NCBI RefSeq assembly: GCF_009914755.1
Contig: NC_060935.1
From: the human T2T-CHM13v2.0 reference genome, Homo sapiens
DNA length: 64,000 nucleotides
Direction: 5' to 3' (one strand)
Shown piece by piece: positions 14,361-30,915 of the stretch. Each line of letters opens with the position of its first letter. Position 1 is the first letter of the stretch. The notes under the pieces are model-generated. The model was not told the DNA's origin. It made no database searches and saw only the letters and a program-made list of their open reading frames with translations. The translations under genes were made by a program, and so were the position numbers.

Positions 14361-15675
14361 ACCATCTTAAATAATATCATTATTAGTAGTTGGTTATGAA
14401 ATAAGACAAGTACAACACATAATGCAAAAAATCTGTCCCCTAAAAACTCCACAGAGAGTAACAAACAATATTCATATTCTTGAAAAAACTTTTTTCTCAA
14501 GGACGTATCTTTGTGGTGTGTGAGTATGTACTTGCGTGTCTGTGCATCTAGCTATAAAAAAGTGTGTGTGTTTTATGTTGAGAGTGTGTGGATGGGAGTG
14601 GTTTCTTGCATTCACATTTCAGTTTTATATGTTACCTCAATTTGACAACTGAAAAGAACCAGTGAGGTTAAGCATCACAGGGAGAAGAAATCCATGGTTG
14701 AGAAATAGGTTGATTTTGTCACATACTGTTGGCTCAAGGTTGTGAAAATTAAGTGTAGGAATGTTGCTTTCTTTTTCCTTCTGGCAAATGAAAAGGCCAA
14801 AGCTCAGAATTGTTGGAAATGACAGTCCAATTAATCAGGCTCCATGCTTCAAACTAGGTGCTGAGCCTGTCCATGGTTGTGAAATTTTTAAATGACCCCT
14901 TTGTCCTCGGTGGTGCCAAAGTGAAATTCCTTTGGGATCACTTGCTTCTTGGCACCTGGTATCTGACCAACAAGAATGCGAGACAAAAGGTTCTTTCAAA
15001 AAAAAGAGACCAAGCTGTGCTTTTGTTTCCTCTGAAAGAAAAAGGTAATTTTACAGAAATACAGCAGGATTATCCAACTACACTATATGCCTCTGGCAGG
15101 TATCGCTCTATAAACAACTGAATCCAGTTAGACCTACAAATGTTGACTCCATTTTTTAGAATGCCAACCGAAAAGAAGGATTGTAATATTCTTAGACTTT
15201 TAGAATGGAGAGTCGAGATCAAATCTTCTTTTCTTCTACTCCCTGAATTTCTTTTGTCATATGGGGAACAATTTTTTTATTAAATGGAGAACAAAGAGAT
15301 AAAATTAAATGTCTAAGATAGCACAGGAAGATACAGTTAGAATGAAAACCATGATCTCCTAATTCCCAAGCAAAGTCTTTGCACCCTAATGGACCCCCAA
15401 CAGTAGAGACCTGTGAACTCTCTTCTTCCAATGCTGGAGAAACAACATTGAAATCAACCTAGAGATATAGCCTGCTTTACAAAGTTAATTTAGGATTTCC
15501 AAATACTTCATCTCAATTGCTCCTGACTACATTACTATGAAATAAATTGGACAAGTATCATAGGCATTTTATGCACAAGCAAACAGACTCAGAAATGTTA
15601 AGGAACTTGGCCTAAAGTCTCAGGAAGCTGAGTATCCTCTCCAGGTCTCCTAACTCCAAATCGATTTTGTACTAA

Positions 15676-16035
<360 letters not shown>

Positions 16036-16239
16036 AAGAACAGAGTTGTTAAATAGCTTACCTGAAGTTATACAGCCATCTCAGATTAAATAACTTTTCC
16101 CTGGAACATGAGTGATTGATAATGGAGGCCTTTTATTGCCTTTTAAAGAAAATGTCAGCATTGATGGTTGGTAATTTACCAAAGAGGGTAAAATGTGCCT
16201 AGCCTGCCACTAACTCGCTCAGTGAATGCTTTTTTGTCA

Positions 16240-16390
16240 CTTATTGTATGCTTGAGAATTTTGCTGGACACTTTATGTACACTTAAAATTTACCTCCTTT
16301 GAACTCTATGAGTTAAGTAGGACTAATCCAATTTTTCAGAGGAGGAATTGAGGCTTTGAGAGAACAACAAAGTTTCCAAGTCATATTGCT
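16240..16390 (-). mobile_element. MIR fragment
   Basis: aactctatgag..ccaatttttcagaggaggaattgaggct..ccaagtcata. Confidence 0.55.
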
Positions 16391-17514
16391 GAAGAACCAA
16401 GGTATGCATCAAGGTAGAGCATGATGAAAGTTATTTGAGGCCTTGTAACTATTTATGGCTTTTTATGACTTGACGCAGGTCCTAGCCTCCATGCTAAGGA
16501 AAAGACAATCAATGGATTGGAATTTAAAACCCAAGTCTAACCTATTTTAATGTCTATACCCTTTCCTCTACTGGCCAATTTCTTTGCCATAAAGAGTACT
16601 ATTGATCTAAAGTTTCTCTTCTGAATAGGAATAACAGGACCATTTCCAGCCCTTTGAAGATCTCTACAGACAATACATTTTCATAAAATAATAGTTATTT
16701 TCCTATTGAATCACATTGCCTTATTACTTCTACAATTTTGACTTCATTCATTTAACCTCTCTATAGACTGCACAATTTGCCTTCCCCACACGAGTATTAT
16801 TGTGCTATTCTAATACCTGTGGAAGTTAAAACGACACAGTCATCTATTGAATAGGGAGTTGGATCATTACAGCCCAGTTTAGAAAGTAATTTTCCCAAGA
16901 CACGCTTTATTTAAAGTCAGGGAAGAAGCCTCCATTATAAATGCTTTCCACTGTAAAGGGTAATGAGTTGCCCGGAAGCTCTGATTAGCTGATTTCCCCT
17001 GTGTACTCCCTGCAATGGGCAAATCAGTGCTGACTCAGTCACTGCCTACTTGGCCTCAGTTATATGGCTCTATTTGACTTGTTCTTGGTTCACCACCTTC
17101 TTTCCCTAACTCTCTCCAGGGCAGTAGTCGCTCAACTGATTTTCTCACCCCAACAATTATCTTGATAAGTTGAGGCCTGACAGAGAGCCCAGGAAGTGCC
17201 CTGTTCCATGCCCAACAAGGACATCTTGGTGGCTCTGCGACAGCTATGTCTTGTGAATTGCATTTGTAGGATGTCGGAAATCTCTGCTATGTCTCTAGAA
17301 ACATAAGCAAATAATCATTCCAAATAGACATAGGGCTAAATTTACTGAAGTGTATGCTTGGAAATACTAGCTCTTTCTGTGGTCACCTTTTGTGGTCATT
17401 ATTTGACAAACAGTCCTCAGCAGGTACACAGAAAGCACTCTACTTCCTATCGCAGAGATTAGCACTGAATATTAACATAAATGATGGGAGAAATTCTATA
17501 GTAAAGAAATTCAT

Positions 17515-17822
<308 letters not shown>

Positions 17823-18129
17823 TTATTCAACGCAGTCATTACTAAAGTTACTTGACCATGGAACTGGGATTTTCAGTGAACACTAATAAACACCTTCTAG
17901 CACTACTTGTTCATGGAATGTACTTTCCGAAATTCTAGATGAGGGAAATTTTTGTTTTACCTAAGAGCTCTTTCTGTTCCCAAATTGTAAGAATGTTAAT
18001 TAAACTGAAAGTGGTTCATTTAATGAAAGTGGAGCTAAAATAATTAGGGTCTCAACTTAAAATTTTTTCAATTTCCATGCCTTCAGTAAAGAGAGCTCTC
18101 AAAATTGGCTACAGCCCCTTTGGGTAAGT

Positions 18130-19275
18130 TTTGGGAAAACTGCTACCCTCTAAATTGGAGAGGCAAGTGAATATGGATAATCACAGCTTACCAGAGCAGC
18201 AGCCCAGAAGTCTACCTCTGAATCCAGTATCATGGTGGGAGAACTTAAATGCTAATTAGTAAATTTTTGGAGGCTCAGAGTAGATAAGCTTGAGAGTTAA
18301 AAAATCCAGTGGGGGAAGTTATTCTTAAGACAATCTCTACATTTTCATGTGTTTTTCCCCCAGGTGCCTTACCCAGGTTGTTAGGATGAAGATCAAAGAA
18401 ATATTATCTTATGCTTCCTTTAGGGGGAGGAAAAGAGCGATCATTTTTGAAATATGCCCAGAGTATTATGTTCTCTTTAACAAAAGCCAACTCTCAAAGG
18501 AAACTATTTTACCAGAGCCTAACCACTTTGGGTCTTACAGAGCCTAATTAACCTTGGGGAAGTGCAATATCTAACAACAGCCTGTTTCAGCCTTCTATGT
18601 GTGGCAATTTGAAACACTCAACTCCATTTCTATCTAGCCTTTCTATGTCACTGAAAGAGGAGAGGGAATTGAGACACACTTGTAAAGGTTACAGCCCAGG
18701 GGTACAGGCTCACTAAAAGATAAAGAACTAATCATAGGACTATAGAAAACCTCTCCAACATCTACCACCACTTCAATACAGCATCCATATAGTAAAGCAT
18801 TACAACTAAAAAATTGTAAGTCTCAGAATTTATTTAAGAAGTCTCTAGGGAAACCCAAAAACAACAAAGAAGAAACAAATAAGGATACCTCAGGAAAATT
18901 TAACCCCTGACACCAACAACTATAGTAAACAATAGGCACACACTAACTCCTAGCCACAAAAACATAAAATCTCACAATAGAGGCTGATTTGCCTTAGTTC
19001 CTTTTACTTAATAAATCATGTCTAGCATTCAATAAGAAATTGCAAGGCATGTTGAAAGGCAAAAAAAAACTCAAGAGATCAAGGAAGTCTCAGAACCAGA
19101 TACAGATATGGCAGAGAGTTTGGAATAATAAAACCACAAATTTAAAATAACTATGAATAATATGCTAATATGCTAAAGGACTTACTAAAAAAAGTGTACA
19201 AAAGGCAAGAACAGATGAGTTATATAAAAACAAAATGGAAAGTTTAATAAATAATCAAAAGGAAAGCTAGAAATA
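18130..19275 (+). mobile_element. Old L1 5' region (L1MC/L1MCa-like 5' UTR into the start of ORF1)
   Basis: Recalled L1MC 5' blocks: agcttgagagttaaaa, gaaactattttaccagagcctaac, cagcccagggg.acaggctcactaaaaga, taatcataggactataga, tttaaaataactatg..taatatgctaaagg. Confidence 0.65.
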
Positions 19276-19725
19276 GACTGAGCCAAGATGGCCAAATAGG
19301 AACAGCTCCGGTCTACAGCTCCCAGCGTGAGCGATGCAGAAGACGGGTGATTTCTGCATTTCCATCTGAGGTACCGGGTTCATCTCACTAGGGAGTGCCA
19401 GACAGTGGGCACAGGACAGTGGGTGCAGCGCACCGTGTGCGAGCCGAAGCAGGGCAAGGCATTGCCTCACTCGGGAAGCACAAGGGGTCAGGGAGTTCCC
19501 TTTCCTAGTCAAAGAAAGGGGTGACAGATGGCACCTGGAAAATCGGGTCACTCCCACCCTAATACTGTGCTTTTCCGATGGGCTTAAAAAATGGCGCACC
19601 AGGAGATTATATCCTGCACCTGGCTCGGAGGGTCCTATGCCCATGGAGTCTCGCTGACTGCTAGCACAGCAGTCTGAGATCAAACTGCAAGGTGGCAGCA
19701 AGGCTGGGGGAGGGGCGCCTGCCAT
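19267..19725 (-). CDS. ORF0: L1 antisense ORF0 homolog, intact and extended to 152 aa
   Basis: MAGAPPPALLPPCSLISDCCASSQRDSMGIGPSEPGAGYNLLVRHFLSPSEKHSIRVGVTRFSRC matches the known ORF0 N-terminus. No stop until it leaves the element. Translation is not demonstrated. Confidence 0.6.
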   Translation of the reverse strand: MAGAPPPALLPPCSLISDCCASSQRDSMGIGPSEPGAGYNLLVRHFLSPSEKHSIRVGVTRFSRCHLSPLSLTRKGNSLTPCASRVRQCLALLRLAHGALHPLSCAHCLALPSEMNPVPQMEMQKSPVFCIAHAGSCRPELFLFGHLGSVYF

Positions 19726-20315
19726 TGCCCAGGCTTGCTTAGGTAAACAAAGCAGCCAGGAAGCTCAAACTGGGTGGAGCCCACCACAGCTCAAGGAGGC
19801 CTGCCTGCCTCTGTAGGCTCCACCTCTGGGGACAGGGCACAGACAAACAGAAAGACAGCAGTAACCTCTGCAGACTTAAATGTCCCTGTCTGACAGCTTT
19901 GAAGAGAGCAGTGGTTCTCCCAGCATGCAGCTGGAGATCTGAGAACAGGCAGACTGCCTCCTCAAGTGGGTCCCTGACCCCTGACCCCTGACCCCCGAGC
20001 AGCCTAACTGGGAGGCACCACCCAGTAGGGGCAGACTGACACCTCACACGGCCGGGTACTCCTCTGAGACAAAACTTCCAGAGGAACGATCAGACAGCAG
20101 CATTCACGGTTCACGAAAATCCGCTGTTCTGCAGCCACCACTGCTGATACCCAGGCAAACAGGGTCTGGAGTGGACCTCTAGCAAACTCCAACAGACCTG
20201 CAGCTGAGGGTCCTGTCTGTTAGAAGGAAAACTAACAAACAGAAAGGACATCCACACCAAAAACGCATCTGTACATCACCATCATCAAAGACCAAAAGTA
20301 GATAAAACCACAAAG
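19280..20315 (+). promoter_or_regulatory. L1 5' UTR internal sense promoter and antisense promoter
   Basis: YY1 site CAAGATGGCC at 19284-19293 and the RUNX3 region tgcatttccatctgaggta are intact. Many CpG>TpG/CpA decays. Activity cannot be judged from sequence. Confidence 0.7.
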
Positions 20316-21332
20316 ATGGGGAAAAAACAGAGCAGAAAAACTGGAAAGTCTAAAAACCAGAGCGCCTCTCCTCCTCCAAAGGAATGCAGTTCCTCACCAG
20401 CAACGGAACAAAGCTGGACGGAGAGTGACTTTGATGAGTTGAGAGAAGAAGGCTTCAGACGATCAAACTACTCCGAGCTACAGGAGGAAATTCAAACCAA
20501 AGGCAAAGAAGTTAAAAACTTTGAAAAAAATTTAGACGAATGTATAACTAGAATAACCAATACAGAGAAGTGCATAAAGGAGCTGATGGAGCTGAAAGCC
20601 AAGGCTCGAGAACTACGTGAAGAATGCAGAAGCCTCAGGAGCCAATGCGATCAACTGGAAGAAAGGGTATCAGTGATGGAAGATGAAATGAATGAAAGGA
20701 AGTGAGAAGGGAAGTTTAGAGAAAAAAGAATAAAAAGAAATGAGCAAAGCCTCCAAGAAATATGGGACTATGTGAAAAGACCAAATCTACGTCTGATTGG
20801 TGTACCTGAAAGTGACAGGGAGAATGGAACCAAGTTGGAAAACACTCTGCAGGATATGATCCAGGAGAACTTCCCCAATCTAGCAAGGCAGGCCAACATT
20901 CAGATTCAGGAAATACAGAGAATGCCACAAAGATACTCCTCGAGAAGAGCAACTCCAAGACACATAATTGTCAGATTCACCAAAGTTGAAATGAAGGAAA
21001 AAATGTTAAGGGCAGCCAGAGAGAAAGGTCGGGTTACCCACAAAGGGAAGCCCATCAGACTAACAGCGGATCTCTCGGCAGAAACTCTACATGCCAGAAG
21101 AGAGTGGGGGCCAATATTCAACATTCTTAAAGTAAAGAATTTTCAACCCAGAATTTCATATCCAGCCAAACTAAGCTTCATAAGTGAAGGAGAAATAAAA
21201 TACTTTACAGACAAGCAAATGCTCAGAGATTTTGTCACCACCAGGCCTGCCCTAAAAGAGCTCCTGAAGGAAGCACTAAACGTGGAAAGGAACAACCAGT
21301 ACCAGCCACTGCAAAATCATGCCAAATTGTAA
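20316..21332 (+). pseudogene. ORF1: L1 ORF1p (RNA-binding chaperone), disrupted
   Basis: MGKKQSRKTGKSK..REKG..ARR..YPAKLS..QNHAKL. Premature TGA at 20703-20705 (R130*, CGA>TGA CpG decay); the frame is otherwise intact. Confidence 0.95.
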
Positions 21333-21395
21333 AGACCATCGAGGCTAGGAAGAAACTGTATCAACTAACGAGCAAAATAACCAGCTAACATCATA

Positions 21396-25219
<3,824 letters not shown>

Positions 25220-26869
25220 ACAATGAGAACACATGGACACAGGAAGGGGAACATCACAATCCGGGGCCTGTTGTGGGGTCAGGGGAAGGGGGTGGGATAG
25301 CATTAGGAGATATACCTAATGTAAATGACGAGTTAATGGGTGCAGCACACCAACATGGCACATGTACACATATGTAACAAACCTGCACATTGTGCACATG
25401 TACCCTAAAACTTAAAGTGTAATAATAATAAAAAAAATTAAAAAAAAAAAAAACAAAGAATTATTTAATCACCATTCCTCCCTTCTGGAATGTCAGCTGC
25501 ATGTCTCTCTTGTTCATTATTCATTCATCAGTGCTCAGCAAGTACTAAATAAATAGGTAATGAGTTAAAGTGAGAGACAAAAAATCCAGTAATATTCAAT
25601 TGTCTTTTTATCTCAGTCTTCTCAAGATTGTTGAATTGTGGTTAGGCAGCAAAGTTGGCCTTTCTGACTACAGGAGTGGGCAGGGGACCTGGATAAGGCC
25701 AGTTATCCTATTGCATGTTCGTGCTTCTGTCAGAATTTTCCTTGTAGTTTTCTTAAGTGGAGGTGCTGCAGAAAACTTCTCTATTATTTGCTTGTGGAGC
25801 TTTAAGAATATAATCCCAGAGCTGAAAAAAGACAGAGAATAAATCTATCACCCAGAGAGAGGGGGAAAAATAAGAGGTAGGAGAAGGGAGGAAGAACGAA
25901 GGAGATGGTTCAGATTCCAGTTTTTAAGATCCCTGAAAGCTGTTTTGGTTTATATTTTTTCTCTTCTTTTTTTAAACTCTGTTTTTGAAACGTTTTACTT
26001 ATTTTGCTTTCCACCTTTCACACTCTTCGCAAACTGTTTTGGTTTTTCATTCATCCCCAGTATCCTTTTCTCTCAAACTAGTTTGTGTTGAGTTTCTACA
26101 AAATGTGTCTGAATAAACTCTAACTATAAACATACTCAGCTTGAATTTGCACTGTGCAAAGATAATAAATCTCAACCATTTGGCTATAAGTTCAATCCAC
26201 GGGGACAGAGCAGCATCATTCAAAACAAATAAAATGTAGTCCGGCCTGATTCATTTTTGAATTGCTTAATTTACTTAAGTCATATTTCAAAAGACAATTT
26301 CACTGCCAAATACTTGCTCGCTTGTAAACATCAGCATAAACAGCAGAAGGCCCTAGATATGCAGATGGTTTCGAGCTGCCCAGCCAGGTACAGGCTAGAG
26401 ATCAGACCAGCAATGTGGGGAAGAAAAGCAAATCTCATCATATTTTTAGGGTTACCTGAAATGGAATTTTGTACTCTGTATTAACACATGACACGATTGA
26501 ATTCTGAGACTCTGAGCAGCCAGACTGGCATGGCTTTAAGCCAGCTGTAGCAAGAAACTGAAGGAAATGTGAGACTCCTGCCCTGCAGGGATATCTACAA
26601 TTTAGTTGGAGAAGAATAAGCCATAAACACAGAGGAAATTAAATAGCTATAAAGTACAAATACCATTTCAATAATGCAGTTAAAGTGAGAAGGCAGTTGT
26701 ATTACTGCCAAGAGAACAAAACAGGTAGCAGCAGAGGAATTCAAGAGAATGCAAAGTCACTTCAGGCTGAACTGAGCAGGAAGAGAAACCAGGGGAAGCT
26801 CAAGGCCAACAGAGTGTCAAGGATTCTGTGGCAGTGGGGATTTGTAGTTTATAGGAGGAAACAGAAATA

Positions 26870-27408
26870 ATAATAGTAAAAACAATGACAACTATTAACA
26901 ACTAACATCTTCTGAGTGTTCAATCAGTGCTACATGCTATGTTCCACATGGGTTCTTTTTTTTTTTTTTTCCAGGCTGAAGTGCAGTGGCAAAATCTCAG
27001 CTCACTGCAACCACTCATTGCCTCTTAGGTTCAAGTGATTCTCCTGCCTCAGCCTCCCAAGTAGTTGGGACTATAGGCGCGAGCCACCACGCCAGGCTAA
27101 TTTTTGTATTTTTAGCAGAGGTGGGGTTTCCCCATGTTTGCCAGGCTGGTCTCAACCTGACCTCAAGTGATCCACCCGTCTCAGCCTCCCAAAGTGCTGG
27201 GATTACAGGCGTGAGCCACCCTGCCTTGCCCAAATGTGTTCTCTTGTTCTCATGACAGTCGTATAAGGCATATAGAAATATCCCCATTTTACAAATTAAA
27301 AACTGGGTAGCATCTCTGGGTTGCTTAGCTTGTGAGTGGAAGAGTCAGCATCCAATCAGGTCTGTAGGATCCCAGAGCACGCCCCATCTACCACTAAATT
27401 AAGCTGCT
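26870..27408 (-). mobile_element. MIR interrupted by an Alu
   Basis: ctaacatcttctgagtgtt before the Alu; ctcatgacag..ccccattttacaaattaaaaactggg..caggtctgt after it. Confidence 0.6.
26956..27230 (-). mobile_element. AluS lacking its last ~23 nt before the poly(A)
   Basis: Poly(T) joins directly to ccaggctg. TSD-like CACATGGGTTC (26945-55) / CAAATGTGTTC (27231-41). Confidence 0.9.
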
Positions 27409-27620
27409 GAAGAGCATAGGTTTTGAAACGTGGCAGATCTGAGTGTGAATATAGATCCACCATCTACAAGATCTGGTAATAATCTCAGGCAAGCCGCTTG
27501 ACTTGGTGAGCCTCTTATTCTCATCGTGGACATGCTCATGCTTACTTTCCATGGGAAGTCAGTGGTTTAGAATTAATGACCGCTCATGAGGGCACCTGGC
27601 ATGCAATAGACGTTAGACAC
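27409..27620 (+). mobile_element. MIR, head-to-head with the preceding MIR
   Basis: aagagcataggttttgaa..cagatctgagtgtgaat..ggcaagccgcttgact..gagcctc..gcacctggcatgcaatag. Confidence 0.6.
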
Positions 27621-28680
27621 GCCACGTTTCTTTTCTCTGTTTGCCCATTGCCAGGTCTCCTGCTGATCCCCTTTTAGCCAAATGGACAATATTGTTTAAC
27701 TAACTTTAATCTCCATCCAGGAAGCCCACCTGTGTTGTCTCTCAGTTCTACTCTGGGTCTTTGGGTGGGAAGCAGACAAACCTCAGAAGGCTCATTTCTG
27801 GACTGGCTTGCCTTGCCTCACACAGGGGATCCTTCCAGGGGCATATTTTGGGAAAGCTTGTAACTCTTCTCCCCTCCTTCCTTCCCATCAACATGCCAAC
27901 ACACCCTTTAAAAGGCCCTCAGATCCCCCTTCCACCAGACAGCATAACAGTCAAGCTAATTAATGGTCTGCCTGCTTCTTCATAGTCTATGTGCTCGCTC
28001 CCAGTGGTTTAAAAGAATGAGGGAGTAGGGAGCAGAGGGGGAAGGCTTAGGGCTTCTGAGACTTGACCCCAAAGGTGTCTGAACTTCAAGAGTCAAAGCA
28101 AATCCAGGGGAAAATGGCAGTTTCTATTGTAAGATCAGTCCCCAATCAATATGGTACAATTTCATAGCTCATTATTCCTGTGTGTGCCAAAGCGCAAGTG
28201 GGGAAGGGGTGGGGACAGTGAGGGAGGCTGGGAGGAGGGACAAGGGGAGAATCATATGGAAACAATTAGTGGAGCCTTCATTCAAAAAAGCATTAAGGTA
28301 CTTGTAGCACTGAGGCTCAAGTGACCCCTAGGCTGGGACCATAATTCACCAACACTTAATACCGTTTACCCTGCAGATGTGCATTTTATACAGAAATATC
28401 AGCTTACCACTTTGAAAAATTAACCTATTGAAGGCTGTCAAATTCTGATGCCCTCATGGGGGTATTATATATTGTCTGCATGGCTCTCTGTTTCGCCTTT
28501 TACCCCCAGAATCAGGAATGCCTGGGTTAATTGGCAAATTAGGTGGCTAACAAGGGGGTGGGAGGTTGTAGAGGAATGAGGACCCAAACAGAAATGCTGC
28601 TTTTCCTAAGCAGAAAATATTCTTTTCTTCAATTCCAAAACATGAAGGGTTTGGGGAAGTGACACCCCACCGCTGCAAAG

Positions 28681-28687
28681 ACACACA

Positions 28688-28721
<34 letters not shown>
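28681..28721. repeat. (CA)~20 microsatellite
   Basis: AC run with one interruption. Confidence 0.95.
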
Positions 28722-28726
<5 letters not shown>

Positions 28727-28944
28727 TCTACAAGTTCTAAGTCAGAAAGTCCAGAGTTAATCAAGGAGGTAAGATAGAAGTTAGCATAAAGGGAAAGTGT
28801 GGCTCAGTGGTTACCGTGTCTAAATTATATTTAACAAAGATTCGTCATTACAATGGGGTTGATAAACCTATGACTAATAGAGAAAGCCTATGTGGTTAAA
28901 TTTGTTTTTTAATTATCTCAAAGAATGTGATGCTGATTTAAAAA

Positions 28945-29530
28945 ATTCTAATGAAGCACCATTTTTACCTACACAATTGATATTTAAAAGTGTGAATATC
29001 CAGTGTTTTCAAGGTTGGCAACAATAGGCACCCTCTAACAACACAGGTGGGAAACTGTTTTAACAACAACAACAAACTTTCTACAGAGCAATTTAATAAC
29101 AGGTATCAAAAAACCTTAAAAATATGCATACATAACACCCACAAATTCAACTTAGAGGAATTTTACATAAAAAGTACGAATGTAGAATTTGATATTTGTG
29201 TAAATAATCTTTGTCATAACTTTGTTTTATAAAAAGGACAAATGGATAAAAACTAAACTCCTATAATAGGAAATTGGTTAAATATAACACATGCATATAA
29301 TATAATAAAATACACTCACTAAAAATCATACCTTAGAAAAATATTTGCCAACATGAAAAAATTTTTAGGTTGAAATAGAAACAGAATTTTCAAAAGAACA
29401 AGCCACAAACCAGCATTTGCACATGTTTCTAGATTTTACAATCCCATCCACGTGTATATACATACATTACTGCTACATCATGTTAGCAACATCTTTAGCT
29501 AGTGAGAATATGTTTACAAATTTCGTTGTA
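28945..29530 (+). mobile_element. Very old L1ME-type 3' fragment
   Basis: caccatttttaccta..tatccagtgtt..ctttctacagagcaattt..aaccttaaaaatatgcatac..aattcaacttagaggaattt. Confidence 0.55.
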
Positions 29531-29774
29531 TTCGATTTTTCATTGCACAGGTACTATTGCAGTGGAGGAAGGTGGCCTGAAGCCAAAGTATGAAGTCAGA
29601 AGCATGGTCTTCTGAGCAGTGCCCTCCTTTTCATTCCTGGCCTTGCTTCCTGAACCTGGTTAACAGTTTTTCTAACAAAAATAGCTCTAGCTTCAGTACC
29701 CGCCATGCCATAGCTCCCTGCTCAATTCCCCGCTATCTTGTGCTTTGAACAGGATTCACTAACACTCAATGGTA

Positions 29775-29960
29775 TAGCAGGTCGGATGTGAGTAGGAAGC
29801 CCAGCTTTATGACCTTTGGCTAACTATTTCATCTCACTGAAACTTAGTGCCCCCTTCTAGAAAATAGAAACCTAATGTCTGTCTTATAAGGTTGCTGTGA
29901 GAATTGAATAAGAACATGTGTATAATGAGCTTGGTCATATACCAGATAAACTAATATTAA
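29775..29960 (+). mobile_element. MIR fragment
   Basis: tgacctttggctaactatttcatctcactgaaacttagt..tataaggttgctgtgagaattgaataag. Confidence 0.6.
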
Positions 29961-30554
29961 CTCGCTGTAACTCATGATTAAATATCAGGTTAACATCTAC
30001 TGAGTTCATCTTACCACGTATCATCCCACTAACTCCAGAGGGTGAGAATTTATTCCCTGCTTAATGCAAAGTTTCCCCATGACCAGAGATTCTGGTTCTC
30101 TGAGGGTGATTGGGGCTACTGAAAACCATAAGAACAAGCTTGTGACTGGTGGTATTTTACCCTGCTATTCTCTTCTCTCATCCAGAAGTGTCTTTAGAGC
30201 ACAGGGAGGGGAGGTGGGAACATACAGCTGGGTTCTGAACTCACTCCTACCAGCATCCATCAGGGAGCTCAGGCTGACCTTTGCAATGTCTTTAAGACAC
30301 AGGGATTAAGGCATAGGTGACCCATGAAGCTTAGGTAACTAGTCAAGGAAAGGGGAGAGGATGAAAGAAGCATAGGAAGGAATATTTTTGGGGTGGTGAG
30401 TTTGTAGTGTCCTTGGAGTTAAATTGCACATTCCACAGAAGCAGATACCTAGTCACTTAATGATCAAATCATTTAGGATGCATCCTCCTGAGAAGATTAG
30501 AAATGGGAAAGGTCTGTCATAGCTACTAGTTCTGGTATCTGAGTTGCTCTCTCT

Positions 30555-30915
30555 CCGCACTTCTCAAATTTGGCTACACATTGGAATCACCTACGGAGCT
30601 TTACAAAGTGCTGATGTCTGGATCTTGGACCCAGAAATTTTGACGTAATTAGTGTAGGGAAGTGTTTATTAAAGTAAAATCCCCAGATCAGCAGCCTCAC
30701 CTGGGAACTTGTTAGTCTTTAAAATCCTCAGAGCTCACCACAGACCTGCTGAACCAGATACTCTGCAGGTGGAGCCTATCAGCCAGTTCTAACAAGCTGT
30801 CTGAGGGCCTCAGATGAGTGCTAAAGTGGGCAAACCACTGATCTAGGTTGGGGCCTGGGCTATCTCCCCAGCTCCCCAGATGATTCTAGTGTGCATCCAA
30901 GTTTGAGAACCACAG
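30555..30915. mobile_element. MER5B-like MITE with a nested MER5A
   Basis: ttctcaaatttggctacacattggaatcacct..gagcttt, resuming at 30841 with ggggcctggg..ctccccagatgattcta..gtttgagaaccacag. Confidence 0.75.
30660..30840. mobile_element. MER5A (hAT-Charlie MITE)
   Basis: ccccagatcagcagcctcacctgggaacttgttag..cagacctgctgaaccagatactctg..taacaagc..ctaaagt..aaccactg. Confidence 0.75.
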
